DNA from: Okamejei kenojei | Taxonomy: Eukaryota | Assembly: GCA_035221665.1 (NCBI GenBank) | Contig: CM069141.1 | Coordinates: 29,264,001 to 29,328,000, forward strand | Direction: 5' to 3' | DNA: 64,000 nt | Part shown: positions 51,969 through 64,000 of the stretch, in pieces | Position numbering within the stretch: the stretch's first letter is position 1 | How the letters are laid out: the number at the start of each line of letters is the position of its first letter | Notes under the pieces: model-generated | The model's database searches: none | What the model saw: only the letters and a program-made list of their open reading frames with translations | Told to the model about the DNA's origin: nothing | Program-made: the position numbers and the translations under genes

Positions 51969-52350
51969 GGGAGTGGAAAATGGCAACCATTAAATGGTTT
52001 ATTGAGCATCAACTCAATTGTTTTGATCAACAATCATCAGGGTAGTGGCCCAAATCTTCCCAATAAAAAAGTTTACAATCCTCCAACTTAATGCTGAAGG
52101 ACTTTCCTGGAAAAAGCATGATTATCTGGAAAACATGTTTGACTCAAAACACAGACATCCTTGCAGTGTGAGAAATCCACAACTACAAGGATCAATCAGC
52201 ATACCATTGTCATATCTTTGTAAATTATCTTATGACTACTCTTAACCAATATAATACCTGGAAGCTCACACAAAGAATGCCACCACAGATTTCCAAGTGA
52301 TCTGCAATACATCAACCCCAAACCTGTGTGTTGACAGGGTTACCAGCCAC
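51969..52350 (+). mobile_element. Internally deleted Ingi/Vingi-like (I-group) LINE remnant
   Basis: FTILQLNAEGLSWKKHDYL then (frameshift) DILAV*EIH, resembling an APE endonuclease N-terminus of Ingi/Vingi type; clade assignment is from recalled motif similarity. Confidence 0.5.
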
Positions 52351-52575
52351 CATAATATACGGAGCTAGGGCACAAATGCTGAGATTCTCATGGACTGTGG
52401 AACATCTATCTTTGATACCAAACAATCGGAAAACCGCATTGTAGGCTGCTCTGGAAGGTTAGATTGCCACAGTTTCTTACCACAGCTAGAGAGTGGCCCT
52501 GAACTACTATCTACCTCATTGGTGACTCTCGGACTATCTTTGCTCAGACTACAGGCTTTACCTTGCACAAAACGT

Positions 52576-52953
52576 CAAAGATCTTATAGCGGAGCAAGAT
52601 AGACCACTCCTGCTAAATGCAATGGGCTGACGTGTAGTACGCAACGGAACGGAACGTGGGCCTTTTTTTCATCCATTTCCGTAACCGGACCTGACCCGAC
52701 TCGCAGTGTAATCAACGTTGTGTTAATGAATTAAAATTCTGAAAATGAGGAGAAGATTTTTACCAAATAACTTTTATTTTTATGAGGATGTTTCCGTAAC
52801 CGGCTTCCGTCTCCGCACTATTATCCTATGGGATCTTTGGTGCAGAGACGGAGCCGGTTACGGAAATGGGCCTTAAATTACCCATGAATCTGCCCATGAC
52901 CATGCTACGTCTTTTTCATCGAGTGGACTATCTTGCTCGCTATAGGATCTTTG
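52576..52953. mobile_element. 378-bp MITE with ~33-bp TIR and 8-bp TSD (P-like or hAT)
   Basis: CAAAGATCTTATAGCGGAGCAAGATAGACCACTC … GAGTGGACTATCTTGCTCGCTATAGGATCTTTG; TSD C(A/T)AAACGT; inserted in a LINE 3' UTR (52480-53097). Confidence 0.88.
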
Positions 52954-53329
52954 CTAAACGTTATTCCCTTCTCATGTATCTAAACACTGTAAATGACTCG
53001 ATTGTAATAATGTACAGTCTTTCTGCTGACTGGTTTGCACACAACAAAAGTTTTTCACTGTACCTCGGTACACGTGACAATAAACTAAACTGAACTGTAG
53101 GCTCCTGTGGGATTTAAGAGTACAAGCATATAGTTCCCTGACAGTGACATCAGCAGGTAGATAGGGTGATGAATTAGGCTTTGGTATGCTCACATACATC
53201 AGTCAGGGAATTGAGGTAGAAGGTGGGGCATTATGTTACAATTGTTCAAGATGTCGATGAGGCCGCACTTGGAGCGTTATGGTCACCGTTATGTAAGAAA
53301 TATGTCATTAAGGTGGAATGATCGCAGAG

Positions 53330-54210
53330 AACCGGACCCTTCTTCAGACTTATTGAGATGGGGGGGGGGGGAGACCTGGGAGAGAGGAGGGGCAATGGTG
53401 AGTGATAGGTAAATGTAGATGAGGGGCAGGGGGTGACAGTCAGATGGTTGGACAAAGGCCTGAGATGAAAAGGGAAAAGGAATGAGGAGGATAGAAGAAG
53501 TGTGAATTGTGAAGTTAGAGGAAGGAATATAGGTGGGAGGGGGAGGAGTGAAATTTGTACGTGTCCAGATGGGGCACAGGGAAGAAAAAGGGGAGGAACA
53601 TAGGGAATGAAGAAAGGGAAGGGGAGGGTGGGGGGTTGTAGGTTAATTACCTAAAATTGGAAAATACAATGTTCATAACATTGGATTGTAAGCTATGCAA
53701 GTTGAATATGAGGAGTGGTTCTTCCAGTTTGTGTGTGGCCTCACTCTGACAATGGAAGAGGCCCAAGAGAGAAAGGTCAGTATGGGAATGAGGAGTTAAA
53801 ATATTAGCAACTGGGAGATCCAGATGGCTTTGGCTGACTGAGTGCAACTGTTCAACAAAATGGTCACCTAATCTATGCTTAGTCACACTGATGTAAAAGA
53901 GGCCACATTGGGAACACCGGATGAAGTAGATGAAGTGCGACTAGGGTTCACAATTCACGCTTCTTCTCTCCTTATCTCACACCAATTCTTTATTCATACC
54001 TGACCTTTGTCCAACCATCTGCCTATCACAGTCCTCCCCAACCCCTCACCGGTATCTATCTATTACTCGCCAGGCTATGTGCTGCTCCTCTTCTCTTCCA
54101 GTTTTCCCCTAGAAGAGAAGAGGAAAGATCCCAACTCAAAATGCCACCCATCCATGTTCTCCAGAGATACCGTCTGACCCACTGAGTCACTCCAACGATG
54201 TGTGTCTTTA
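53330..54210 (-). mobile_element. Penelope-like element with inverted pLTR
   Basis: GIY-YIG segment TKHRLGDHFVEQLHSV…LPVAN…HCQSEATHKLEE…MNIVFSNFR (53647-53886), with pLTR copies in opposite orientations (53330-53480 and 53960-54210). Confidence 0.8.
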
Positions 54211-54829
54211 TCTATTATAGAGTAATTGATTCATAGATTCATAGCATGGATGTTCACTAAGCACCCATGTACAGTGACCCTACACTAGTCCCACTATATT
54301 CTCCTCACATTGTCCTCACATTCTCATCAAACCCCTTTCCCCAGAAGCTTTTTACTAATCTACAAATTAGAGCAATTCCCAGTGTCAAGTTAACATGCCA
54401 GCCATGTGTTGGCATTGAAAACCAGCCAACTGAAATTGTTACAAGGAAGGTGATGAAGAAGTATTGATTTAAATTGATTTAAATTCCAGGTAAATCAGAT
54501 TAAGTTACATTAAGGGTCTCAAGGGGGACTAAATGGTATTTTTTTGATTTGATGTCCCTTTATTCTCATATGCTAATTGGAGAACCTTTGTCTGAAATAG
54601 CTGGAGTATTTTCATTTCAATTTATTTTATGCACATAGAAGAATTCTGGTAAATGTACTTAAAAAGTGCATAAATATTATCTTTTATAATTAGGTTTAAT
54701 GACCATTAGACCTATGTTTTTACAATGCAGGCATTAATCCATGTAATTAAACCTTACTTTAAATTGCAAAGCTTCCAGTGCCTGTTATTTTGTTCCTACA
54801 TGTGAATTGGATTTTTTTTATTTTTACAG

Positions 54830-55063
54830 AAAGACAGTGCTATTTTGAGGAAACAAATTTCAGACTTGTTTCAAGAAATTAGAATGCTATTAACAAAGCA
54901 AGAAAAGCAAATCTTGGACACAGTTATAACAGAGAAAAACATAAACCTTTCAAAAGTCTTGAAGAAAATACAAGAATTAGAAATTAAAAGAGAAGTTATT
55001 ACTCATCTTATTCAGGAAGTCCAAGACCTGAAAAATCAGAAAGACCCGCTGTTCTTTATTAAG
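54830..55063 (+). CDS. TRIM coding exon 3 (234 bp, coiled-coil)
   Basis: ttttacag|AAAGAC…ATTAAG|gtaaaa; KDSAILRKQISDLFQEIRMLLTKQEKQIL…QKDPLFFIK. Confidence 0.92.
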
Positions 55064-55797
55064 GTAAAAAAGGACTTTAATCATTTTGATATATAACATG
55101 TCAAAAATGCCTTATGAACTGTACTGTTTTTAAGATTATAAAGTCATAGAAAGATATAGCATGAAAATGGGCCCTTCAGCCCACTAAGCCTGCTCTGACC
55201 ACCAACCATCCATTTACATTATCCCTACACTAATCCCATTGTATTCTCTCCACATTCTCAAGAGTTTGACACGGGTTGATTAACCAAGAATGCCATAAAA
55301 TAAATCAGAGTTCAGCTGAATGTATTGATGCCTTTATGAAGTTTAACTTTGAGTAAACCTGCCTTCCCTTCTTTTACTTTTCCTGAAATCTCCAAAATGG
55401 TAAAATCCAAATTTGATACAGCTTATTCCCTACTGTCTAATTTACCTGCCTTTTTTTCCCACTTTTGGTAACATACTCGCTTTCATATGTAAAAATATAT
55501 AACTCATTGTGCATCATCTTGTCGGAAGTGGCACAAATGGAACAAGCTTGTTCAAAATGGCTAATTAGAGTTTTGTAATATTTCTAATAAGGCAATGTTA
55601 TGCGTTAGTTTGGACATTTATGCTTTTTAAGATTGTGCACTGCTGTGTTTGAAGGAGGAGAGTTTGTTTGCATGGAGGATGGTGTTGGTGAGACGGTGTA
55701 CATATATCATGTTGGATAAACCAATTGATCTTCTGCAAAGAGGTACACAATCCTACAGAAAGAGAAAAGGATATAGAAAAGCAAACTTGTATGCTGT

Positions 55798-55815
55798 TTC
55801 AGAGAAACTGAAACT
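55798..55815 (+). promoter_or_regulatory. Overlapping GAS and ISRE motifs (candidate)
   Basis: TTCAGAGAA (55798-806) overlapping GAAACTGAAACT (55804-815); motif match only. Confidence 0.35.
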
Positions 55816-55894
55816 GCAGCTGTGAAATCATCAATTACACAGTTACATTAATTTTCAGACTCGGCTATTTATGAAGTTATTAACAGTGATTGAC

Positions 55895-58800
55895 ATTGAG
55901 ATTGGGATAGTCGGGGACTGAGTTAAAGGGAAAGAGGGTAAAGGGATGGTTAATGACCCCAGAATTAACAGGAAAGGAAGCTCACAAAGGGATAGGAGAG
56001 TATGGCCAAGTGTAATAGGGATCGATGTGAAAGGTGAGATGCGTAAGATATTAAATGTATTGTATATGAATGCGCGAAGTATAAGAAGTAAAGTTGATGA
56101 GCTTGAGGCTCAGTTAGAAGTTGGTAGATATGACATTGTGAGGATTACTGAGACGTGGCTGCAGGAGGATTGGGCCTGGGAACTTAATATTCAGGGTTAT
56201 ACATCCTATAGAAAGGAGAGGTAGGTGGGCAGAGGAAGGGGGTAGCTCTGCTGGTGAGGGATGGAATTCAGTCCCTTGTGAGGGAAGACATAGGGACTGA
56301 CGAAGTAGAGTCACTGTGGATTGAGTTGAGGAATTGCAAAGGCAAGAAGACACTAATTGGTGTTATTTACAGACCCCCAAATAGTAGCCCAGATGTAGGG
56401 TATAAGTTGCAGCAGGATTTAAAACTGGCATGTAACAAAGGTAATGCCACTGTGGTAATGGGGGATTTCAATATGCAGGTAGATTGGGAAAATCAGGTTG
56501 GTTCAGGACCCCAAGAAAGAGAGTTTGTAGAATGCCTCCGAGATGGATACTTAGAGCAGCTTGTCATAGAGCCGACCAGGGAAAAGGCAATTCTGGATTT
56601 AGTGTTTTCCAATGAACCAGATATGATAAGAGAATTCGAGGTAAAGGAACCGCTTGGAGGTAGTGATCATAATATGATTAGTTTTAATCTGCAATTTGAG
56701 AAGGAGAAGGTTAAATCGGAAGTGGCAGTGATGCAGTTGAACAAAGGGGACTATGAAGGCATGAGAGGGGAGCTGGCCAAAGTAGACTGGAAATGGATCC
56801 TAGCAGGAATGGCGGTGGAACAGCAATGGTCGGAATTTCTGGGCATAATCCAGAAGTCACAGGATCATTTCATTCCAAAAAGGAAGAAAGATTCTAAGGG
56901 GAGTAGGAGGCAACCATGGATGACAAGAGAAGTTAGGGATAGAATAAAACTAAAAGAAAAGATGTATAACACAGCAAAGAGTATCCGGAAGCCAGAGGAT
57001 TGGGAAACTTTCATAGGACAACAGAAGGAAACAAAACAGGCAATATGGGCTGAAAGGATGATGAAGGGAAGCTGGCCAGGAATATAAAGAAGGACAGTAA
57101 AAATGTTTAGAAATGTTAAGGGAAAAAGAGTAGCAAAGTCAAATGTGGGTTCCTTGAAGGCAGATACGGATGAAAATATTATGGGCAACAAGGAAATGGC
57201 AGAAGAGTTGAATAGGTACTTTGGATCTGTCTTCACTAAGGAAGGCACAAACAATCTCCCAGAAGTACTGGAGGACAGAGGATCTAAGGGGGTCGAGGAA
57301 CTGATGTTCATTAGGCGAGAAATAGTATTGGGTAGGCTAATGGGACTGAAAGTCGAAAAATCCCCGGGGCCCGATGGACTGCATCCCAGTTCCTCAGGGA
57401 GGTGGCTCTAGAAATAGTGGATGCATTGGTGATCATTTTCCAATGTTCAATAGATTCAGGATCAGTTCCTGTGGAATGGAGGATAGCTAATGTTATCCCA
57501 CTTTTCAAGAAAGGAGCGAGAGAGAAAACGGGGAATTACAGATCAGTTAGCCTGACTTCGGTGGTAGGAAAGATGCTGGAGTCAATTATTAAACAGGTAA
57601 TAATGGGGCATTTGGATAGCAGTAAAAGGATTAGTCCAAGTCAACATGGATTTATGAAAGGGAAATCATGCTTGACTAATCTTCTGCAATTTTTTGAGGA
57701 CGTGACAAGTAAAAAGGATGAAGGGGTGCCTGTGGATGTAGTGTATCTAGACTTTCAGAAAGCCTTTGATAATGTCCCGCACGGGAGACTGGTGACTAAA
57801 ATTAGAGCACATGGTATTGGGGGTAGGGTGTTGACATGGATAGAAAATTGGTTGGCAGACTGGAAGCAAAGATGGGAGTGAACGGGTCTTTTCAGAATGG
57901 CAGGCAGTGGCGAGTGGAGTGCTGCAATTCTTGGTGTTGGGGCCGCAACTGTTTACCATATATATTAATGATTTGGAAGAGGGAATTAGGAGCAACACTA
58001 GCAAGTTTGTGGATGACACAAAGCTGGGTGGCAGTGTGAACTGTGAAGAGGATGTGAGGAGGTTGCAGGGGGACCTGGACAGATTGAGTGTGTGGGCAGA
58101 TGCGTGGCAGATGCAGTAAAATATAGATAAATGTGAGGTTATCCACTTTGGGGGCAAAAACAAGGGGGCAGATTATTATCTCAATGGAGTTAGGTTAGGT
58201 AAGGGGGAGGTGCAGCGAGACCTGCGTGCCCTTGTACACCGGTCACTGAAAGTTGGCTTACAGGTACAGCAGGCAGTGAAGAAAGCTAATGGAATGTTGG
58301 CCTTCATAACAAGAGGATTTCATTATAGGAGTAAAGAGGTTCTTCTGCAGTTGTATAGGGCTCTGGTGAGACCACATCTGGAGTATTGTGTACAGTTTTG
58401 GTCTCCTAATTTGAGGAAGGACATCCTTGTGATTTAGGCAGTGCAGCGTAGGTTTACGAGATTGATCCCTGGGATGGTGGGACTGTCATATGAGGAAAGA
58501 TTGAAAAGACTAGTCTTGTATTCACTGGAGTTTGGAAGGATGAGGGGGAATCTTATAGAAACATATAAAATTGTAAAAGGACTGGACATGCTAGATGCAG
58601 GAAAAATGTTCCCAATGTTGGGCGTGTCCAGAACCAGGGGCCGCAGTCTTAGAATAAAGGGGAGGCCATTTAAGACTGAGGTAAGAAAAAACTTTTTCAC
58701 CCAGAGAGTTGTGAATTTATGGAATTCCCTGCCACAGAGGGCAGTGGAGGCCAAATCACTGGATGGATTTAAGAGAGAGTTAGATAGAGCTCTAGGGGCT

Positions 58801-58937
58801 AGTAGAATCAATGGATATGGGGAGTAGGCGGGCACGGGTTATTGATAGGGGATGACCAGCCATGATCACAATGAATGGCGGTGCTGGCTCGAAGGGCCGA
58901 ATGGCCTCCTCCTGCACCTATTTTTTATGTTTCTATG
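55895..58937 (+). mobile_element. HER1/CR1 LINE with near-complete ORF2 (APE+RT), frameshifted, in TRIM intron 3
   Basis: LYMNARSI, ITETWL, IYRPPN, MGDFN, GSDH, SPGPDG, QHGF, FVDDTKL, VRPHLEYC; ctatg tail. Confidence 0.95.
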
Positions 58938-59096
58938 ATCACACAAAGTTTGTAATTTTTTTACAGTTTTAAAATGAGACACTGGTGCATTTTCTAAACA
59001 AAATGGAAGATACAGCATGACTTTTCTATAAAGTACACAGTTCCATGAATTTCAATATTATGTAATAAAGTGAAAGATGGTTTATTTATTTTCCAG

Positions 59097-59119
59097 GATT
59101 TCAAGTCTACATATGAAAG
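59097..59119 (+). CDS. TRIM coding exon 4 (23 bp)
   Basis: ttttccag|GATTTCAAGTCTACATATGAAAG|gtagga; canonical 23-bp TRIM micro-exon, in frame. Confidence 0.85.
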
Positions 59120-59186
59120 GTAGGAATTTGCACAACACAAGCAAAAAGACCAATTTTAACCTAGCATATTCGGTAGAACAATGACA

Positions 59187-59320
59187 AACTGAAGAAGTGT
59201 CTCGACCCGAAATATCATCACCTGTTCCTTTTCTCCAAAGAGGTTGTCTGACCCGCTGAGTTACTCCAGCTTTCTGTGTCTACCTTCGGTTAAAACCAGC
59301 ATCTGCAGTTCCTTCCTGCA
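59187..59320 (+). mobile_element. Penelope pLTR/MER6-like half element
   Basis: CTGAAGAAGTGTCTCGACCCGAAATATC core at 59189-59216. Other decayed copies lie at ~33940-34070 and ~59860-60090. Confidence 0.7.
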
Positions 59321-60365
59321 CAAAGATAAATTTCCTGTTGCATTCAACCCACCTTGGGTTTATCGACCAAAGACCAAGCAACCCAAGTTTCGTGACATTT
59401 ATCTCCACAATAATAATGAGAGCACAACTCACTCTTCCCTTCATTCTATGCCCAATCCACGACTACTTCCATAAAAAGTCCTTTCCTGGTTTCAAACAGG
59501 GGGTGACGGATTGTGTCAACGTTGTATCAGTCAGAAGCAAAAATTGTTCGGGCTGATCCCTTCAGATTATATGTCAGGTGCAGCATGGCATAAAGCGTGA
59601 CCTCAAAATGTACTCAGCAATCTGAAATCCCCTCCTCATGAATAAAAATACAAAATAGAACTATTACAACAGTGACACAATATAAAACTATCTGCACAAT
59701 TTTGTCTTCATATTTGATTTTTTTAAAGGCAAGAAAGGATGCAAAGCATAAAAGTTTAATCGAATATCCATAATTGGTATCTGGAAAGTCAGATTTGAAT
59801 CTGAATTTATCATTGTATGAAAATACTGAACATCTTAATAGGTTTCATCAATTACATCAAAGGACTGCAGATGCTGGTTTACAAATAAAAGATACAAAGT
59901 GTTGGAGTAACTCAACGGGTCAGGCAACACCACCGGAGAACATGGATATGTAACGTTTTGGGTCAGGACCATTCTTTAGACTGTTTATGGTGGGTTGAAG
60001 GAAGCTGGAAGAGAGATGGGGGCAAGCCCCCACTATCCATGTTCTCCAGACATGCTGCCTGAGTGCTGGGTTACTTTCGCACTTTATGTCTTTTTTTTAC
60101 ATCAAAAGATATATTTTTTTAAATGTTCTATTGTCTTTGTGGGTGTAGGTTATTTCACCATTCCTATGCTCTTTTTGTGTGAGGAAAGAGATGGGAAGGA
60201 ACAACAGGCAAGATTTCTCATAATATTTATATATAGATGGTACAATGCATCATTTCAACATGATCTACATTAATCAGAGGACTATGTGAACACATAGGAA
60301 AAGAAAAAAATCATTTTTAAGAAGTTTCCACAAAAGTTCTTAACATATTTGAAATGTATCTGACA

Positions 60366-60642
60366 GGTCATGTCATAAGTGATAGGAGTAGAATTAGGCC
60401 ATTTGGTCCATCAATTTTACTGCAATTCAATCATGGCTGATCTCTCTCCCTTCTAACCCTATTCTCCTGTCTTCTTCCTTTAACCTCTGACACCTGTACT
60501 AATCAAAAATCTATCTCTGCCTTAAAAATAGCCACTGACATGGCCTCCACAGCCTTCTGTGGCAAATAATTCCACAGATTCACCACTCACTGATTAAAGA
60601 CATTTCTCCTCATCTCCTTCATAAAAGAACATCCTTTAATTG
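60366..60642 (-). mobile_element. CR1 3' tail
   Basis: Reverse complement resembles 34470-34760. Confidence 0.75.
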
Positions 60643-60749
60643 TGAAGGAGGTTGACTATAATAAAACAAATTGTACCAAACAGTTTGAGGTATAAAGTAT
60701 TTTAGTAGAAACTCTTGTTTTCAATCTAATGGCTGTAAAACTATTTCAG

Positions 60750-60886
60750 GATTTCCAACAACAATACTGAAGTAGAAACACTCAGGGTTTCCTGGAAGAA
60801 GCTTGATGAATCTACAATATCGACCATTAAACAAGAAACTAAACGGATTTTTGAGATGTTAAACACACTAATTTTTGACCACCCTG
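60750..60886 (+). CDS. TRIM coding exon 5 (137 bp, linker)
   Basis: tttcag|G ATT TCC…CCT G|gtatgt; phase-compatible with exon 4; ISNNNTEVETLRVSWKKLDESTISTIKQETKRIFEMLNTLIFDHP. No stop, so the gene continues beyond. Confidence 0.8.
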
Positions 60887-60964
60887 GTATGTACTTAACA
60901 CTGGTTGCGTGAAACCTATTAAGGCAAGGTGTTTGATATGTAATACAAATATGTATTAATTATG

Positions 60965-61606
60965 TGAGAAATGGCATACTAAAAAAGCATCAAGACACAC
61001 AACTACATAAAAGTCAACATAAACATCCACCACAGTGGATTCCCCACATTCCTCACTGTGATGGACGGCAATAAAGTCTAACCTTCTTCCTTTTTATTCT
61101 CCCGTGGTCGGGGCAGTCGAACCATCCGCAGTCGGGGCGATCGAAGGACCTGCAGGCGGCAATAGAAGCCCCCGCATCAGGGCGATCGAAGCTCCCGCAT
61201 CGGGGCGATCATAGCTCCTGCGTTGGGGTGGTCGAAGCTCCCGCGATCGGGGCGGCTTGGAGATCCTGAAATTGGTCTCAAACTAGAGACCGCGAGCTCC
61301 ACGATGTTAGTCTGCATGCTCCCGCAGTTGGAGCTCCAAGGCGATCCCCGACAGGGATCACCAGCTCCACAATGTTAAGTCCGCAGGTTGGAGCTCATGA
61401 AGTCAGTCTCCAGCAGAGGCCGCCAGCTCCTCGATGTTAGGCTGCAGTATGGAAGGAGATATGATACGGAAAAAAATGGCATCTCCGTCGAGGAAAGAGA
61501 TTTAAAAACACTAAAACATCAATTTAATACATACCAAAAGCCAACAAAGAAGGAAGGGACGAGACAGCCTGTTGGCGAGGTGGCCACTGCTGGCGCCACC
61601 CGGTGG
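60965..61606 (-). repeat. Unclassified GC-rich interspersed repeat with ~22-bp tandem subrepeats
   Basis: Subrepeat tcggggcgatcgaagctcccgca at ~61110-61255; sharp GC shift against the AT-rich intron. Confidence 0.5.
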
Positions 61607-62739
61607 TTGATCACTGATTCTCAAAGTAAATTGAAAAGACATAAAAAAGTGGCTGAATTAGTATATCATGAGTACAAGGGTCACCGCAAAGAATTATAAT
61701 TTTTTTTGCAATTTTGTTGCACTGATGTTACTTTATTTGATATTCAGTAGGCAATAACCAAATAAATTACTAAGCAATAAAATAGGAAATATGCATATAG
61801 AGAAAAACAATCCAAGGAATACATGCTCTTGTATATTTAAATCAAGAAATGGTTTATCTAGAGAATAAATTGTAACATTTTTCATAAGATAGTATTGATA
61901 AAGTCAGGTGAAGAAGAGAGGAGTAAGTTGCTGCCAAGACAGTGAAGTAATTCCACAGCAATTGAGGATGATGAATTGAAAGATAGAGCTGGCATTCATA
62001 ACAGGCAAGAGACACTAATTGCGAGAATGAAAGAAAAATTCTCAGTGGCAAGATATCAAAATTACCCAATAAAGGATAAGTAATTGTGACCAAGGATGTC
62101 TCTGATTATATCTATGAAGTTTATTTTAACAATAAATTCAATCATATTTTTATTGTGACTTTATTGGAGAGAATGGGGAATAGGAGCTCAATAAAGAAAT
62201 TGGAAAAATGTGATTCAGAGCAATAAACATGTTTCAGAATGTAAGAATCCTTCGCTTTTAAAGAGAAGAGAAGACTGACAGCAGTTCCTTCATTCCTCAA
62301 AATTATTTGAATGATGGTTTTATTCAAACATTTTCTATGACATATTGTTTTGTGTGATTTTTATCCTGACAGCGTGGGATAAATTTACGATGACATGAAA
62401 TGAATGATTTAAGGGAAATGGAAAAGTTGAAGCGGTTGATATCCCGTTGGCAGTTGGAAATAAAAAGATCTAAAGAAGGGAGAGGGCCATCCGGGGGAGT
62501 CCAAGAGGTGGGGTCTGGTTGAGATGGGAAAAGGGGTCATCACTGGGTGGTGCGGAGTTCTTCCCATGGAAAATCTTTAGCTGCCTAGAGTCTGCACCTG
62601 AAGATATCCCCCCAGGAGTTTTGGGACTGGGGCCGCGGCTCCCTTAAGCCAGCAAGTGGCAGGTGCTGATGACACACACCAGTGCAGCTTAGAGTAGGAA
62701 CCTCAAAAAAAGTTCATACGGCTGTGACATCGAGCCAGT

Positions 62740-64000
62740 TACATGGAAAATAGGTGCAGGAGGAGGCCAATTGGCCCTTCTAGCCTGCACCGCCATTCAT
62801 TGTGATCCCATGGCTGATCATCCACAATCAGTAACCCGTGCCTGGCTTCTCCCCATACCCCTTGATTCCGCTAGCCCCAAGAACTCTAACTTTTAAATTC
62901 ATCCAGTGAATTGGCCTCTACTGCCTACTGTGGCAGAGAATACCACAAATTCACAACTCTGGGTGAAAATGTTTTTTCTCATCTCAGTTTTAAATGGCCT
63001 CCCCTTTATTCTTAGACTGTGGCCCATGGTTCTGGACTCCCCCTTGGGAATTTTTTTTCCTGCATTAGATTGTCTAGTGCTTTTATAATGTTATACGTTT
63101 CTATAAGATTCCCTCTCATCCTTCTAAATTCCAGTGAATACAAGCCCAGTCTTTCCCATCTTTCCTCATATGACAGACATGCCATCCCGGGGATTAACCT
63201 CATGAGCCTACTGCCTCAATAGCAAGAATGTCCTTCCTCAAATTAGGAGACAAAAACTGCACACGATACTCCAGATGTGGTCTCACCAGGGCCCTCTACA
63301 ACTGCAGAATGACCTCTTTACTCCTATACTCAAATTCTCTCATTATGTAGGGCAGCTTTCTTCACTGGCTCCTGTACCTGCATGCTTACTGTCAGTGACT
63401 GGTGTACAAGGACACCCAGGTGTCGTTACATTTCCCTTTTTCCTAATCTGACACCATTGAGATAATATCTGCCTAGTTGTTCTTGCCGACAAAGTGGATC
63501 ACCTCACATATATCTACATTATACTGCATCTGCCATGCATCTGCCCACACTCTCAACGTGTCGAAGTCAACCTGCAACCTCCGAGCATCCTCGTCACAGT
63601 TCACACTGCCACCCAGTTTTGTGTCATTGCACATTTGCTAGTGTTACTTTTACTCCCATCATCCAAATAATTAATATATATTGTAAATAGTTGCTGCCCC
63701 AGCACTGAGCCTTGCGGCACTCCACTCACCATGACCTGCCATTCCGACAGGGACCCATTTATTCCTACTCTTTGTTTCATGTCTGCCAACCAATTCTCTA
63801 TCCATGTCAATACCCTACCCCAAATACCATGTGGTCTAATTTTGCCTACTGATCTCCTGTGTGCGACCTTATCAAAGGTTTTCAGAAAGTCCAGATACAC
63901 TACATCCACTGGCTCTCCTTCATCCATTTTACTTGTCACATCCTCAAATAATTCCAGAAGATTAGTCAAGCAGGATTTTCCCTTCATATATCCATGCTCT
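62740..64000 (-). mobile_element. HER1/CR1 LINE, runs off the window end
   Basis: MKGKSCLTNLLELFEDV…YLDFLKTFDKV…SGVPQGSVLG; 3' tail at ~62745. Confidence 0.93.

Overview
Eukaryotic, repeat-dense vertebrate DNA. The repeat content (HER1/CR1 LINEs, HE1-type V-SINEs, MER6/Penelope palindromes) points to a cartilaginous fish, probably a skate or ray; this is an inference. One host gene is supported: the first five coding exons of a + strand TRIM gene (RING, B-box1, B-box2, coiled-coil; 573/96/234/23/137 bp, 45533-60886) that runs out of the window. The rest is transposable elements, many with boundaries readable by eye: an L1 with a 15-bp TSD and a nested IR/DR Tc1, a full-length decayed DIRS1 element with intact ITR/ICR, a non-autonomous 2.1-kb LTR element, a solo LTR, three Harbinger-type MITEs, a P/hAT-like MITE, Penelope fragments and many CR1/SINE copies. 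The most striking unexplained structure is a 138-bp TSD-flanked retroposon (50756-50893, - strand) in TRIM intron 2. Its first 54 nt fit an HDV-like ribozyme double pseudoknot that starts exactly at the insertion boundary. About 1 kb away lies an Ingi/Vingi-like LINE remnant with a similarly spaced but decayed head. Minimal hammerhead motifs occur in the Penelope-derived repeats, and IRF/STAT-type motifs cluster around the TRIM gene. All alignments and folds were done by eye; no searches were run.
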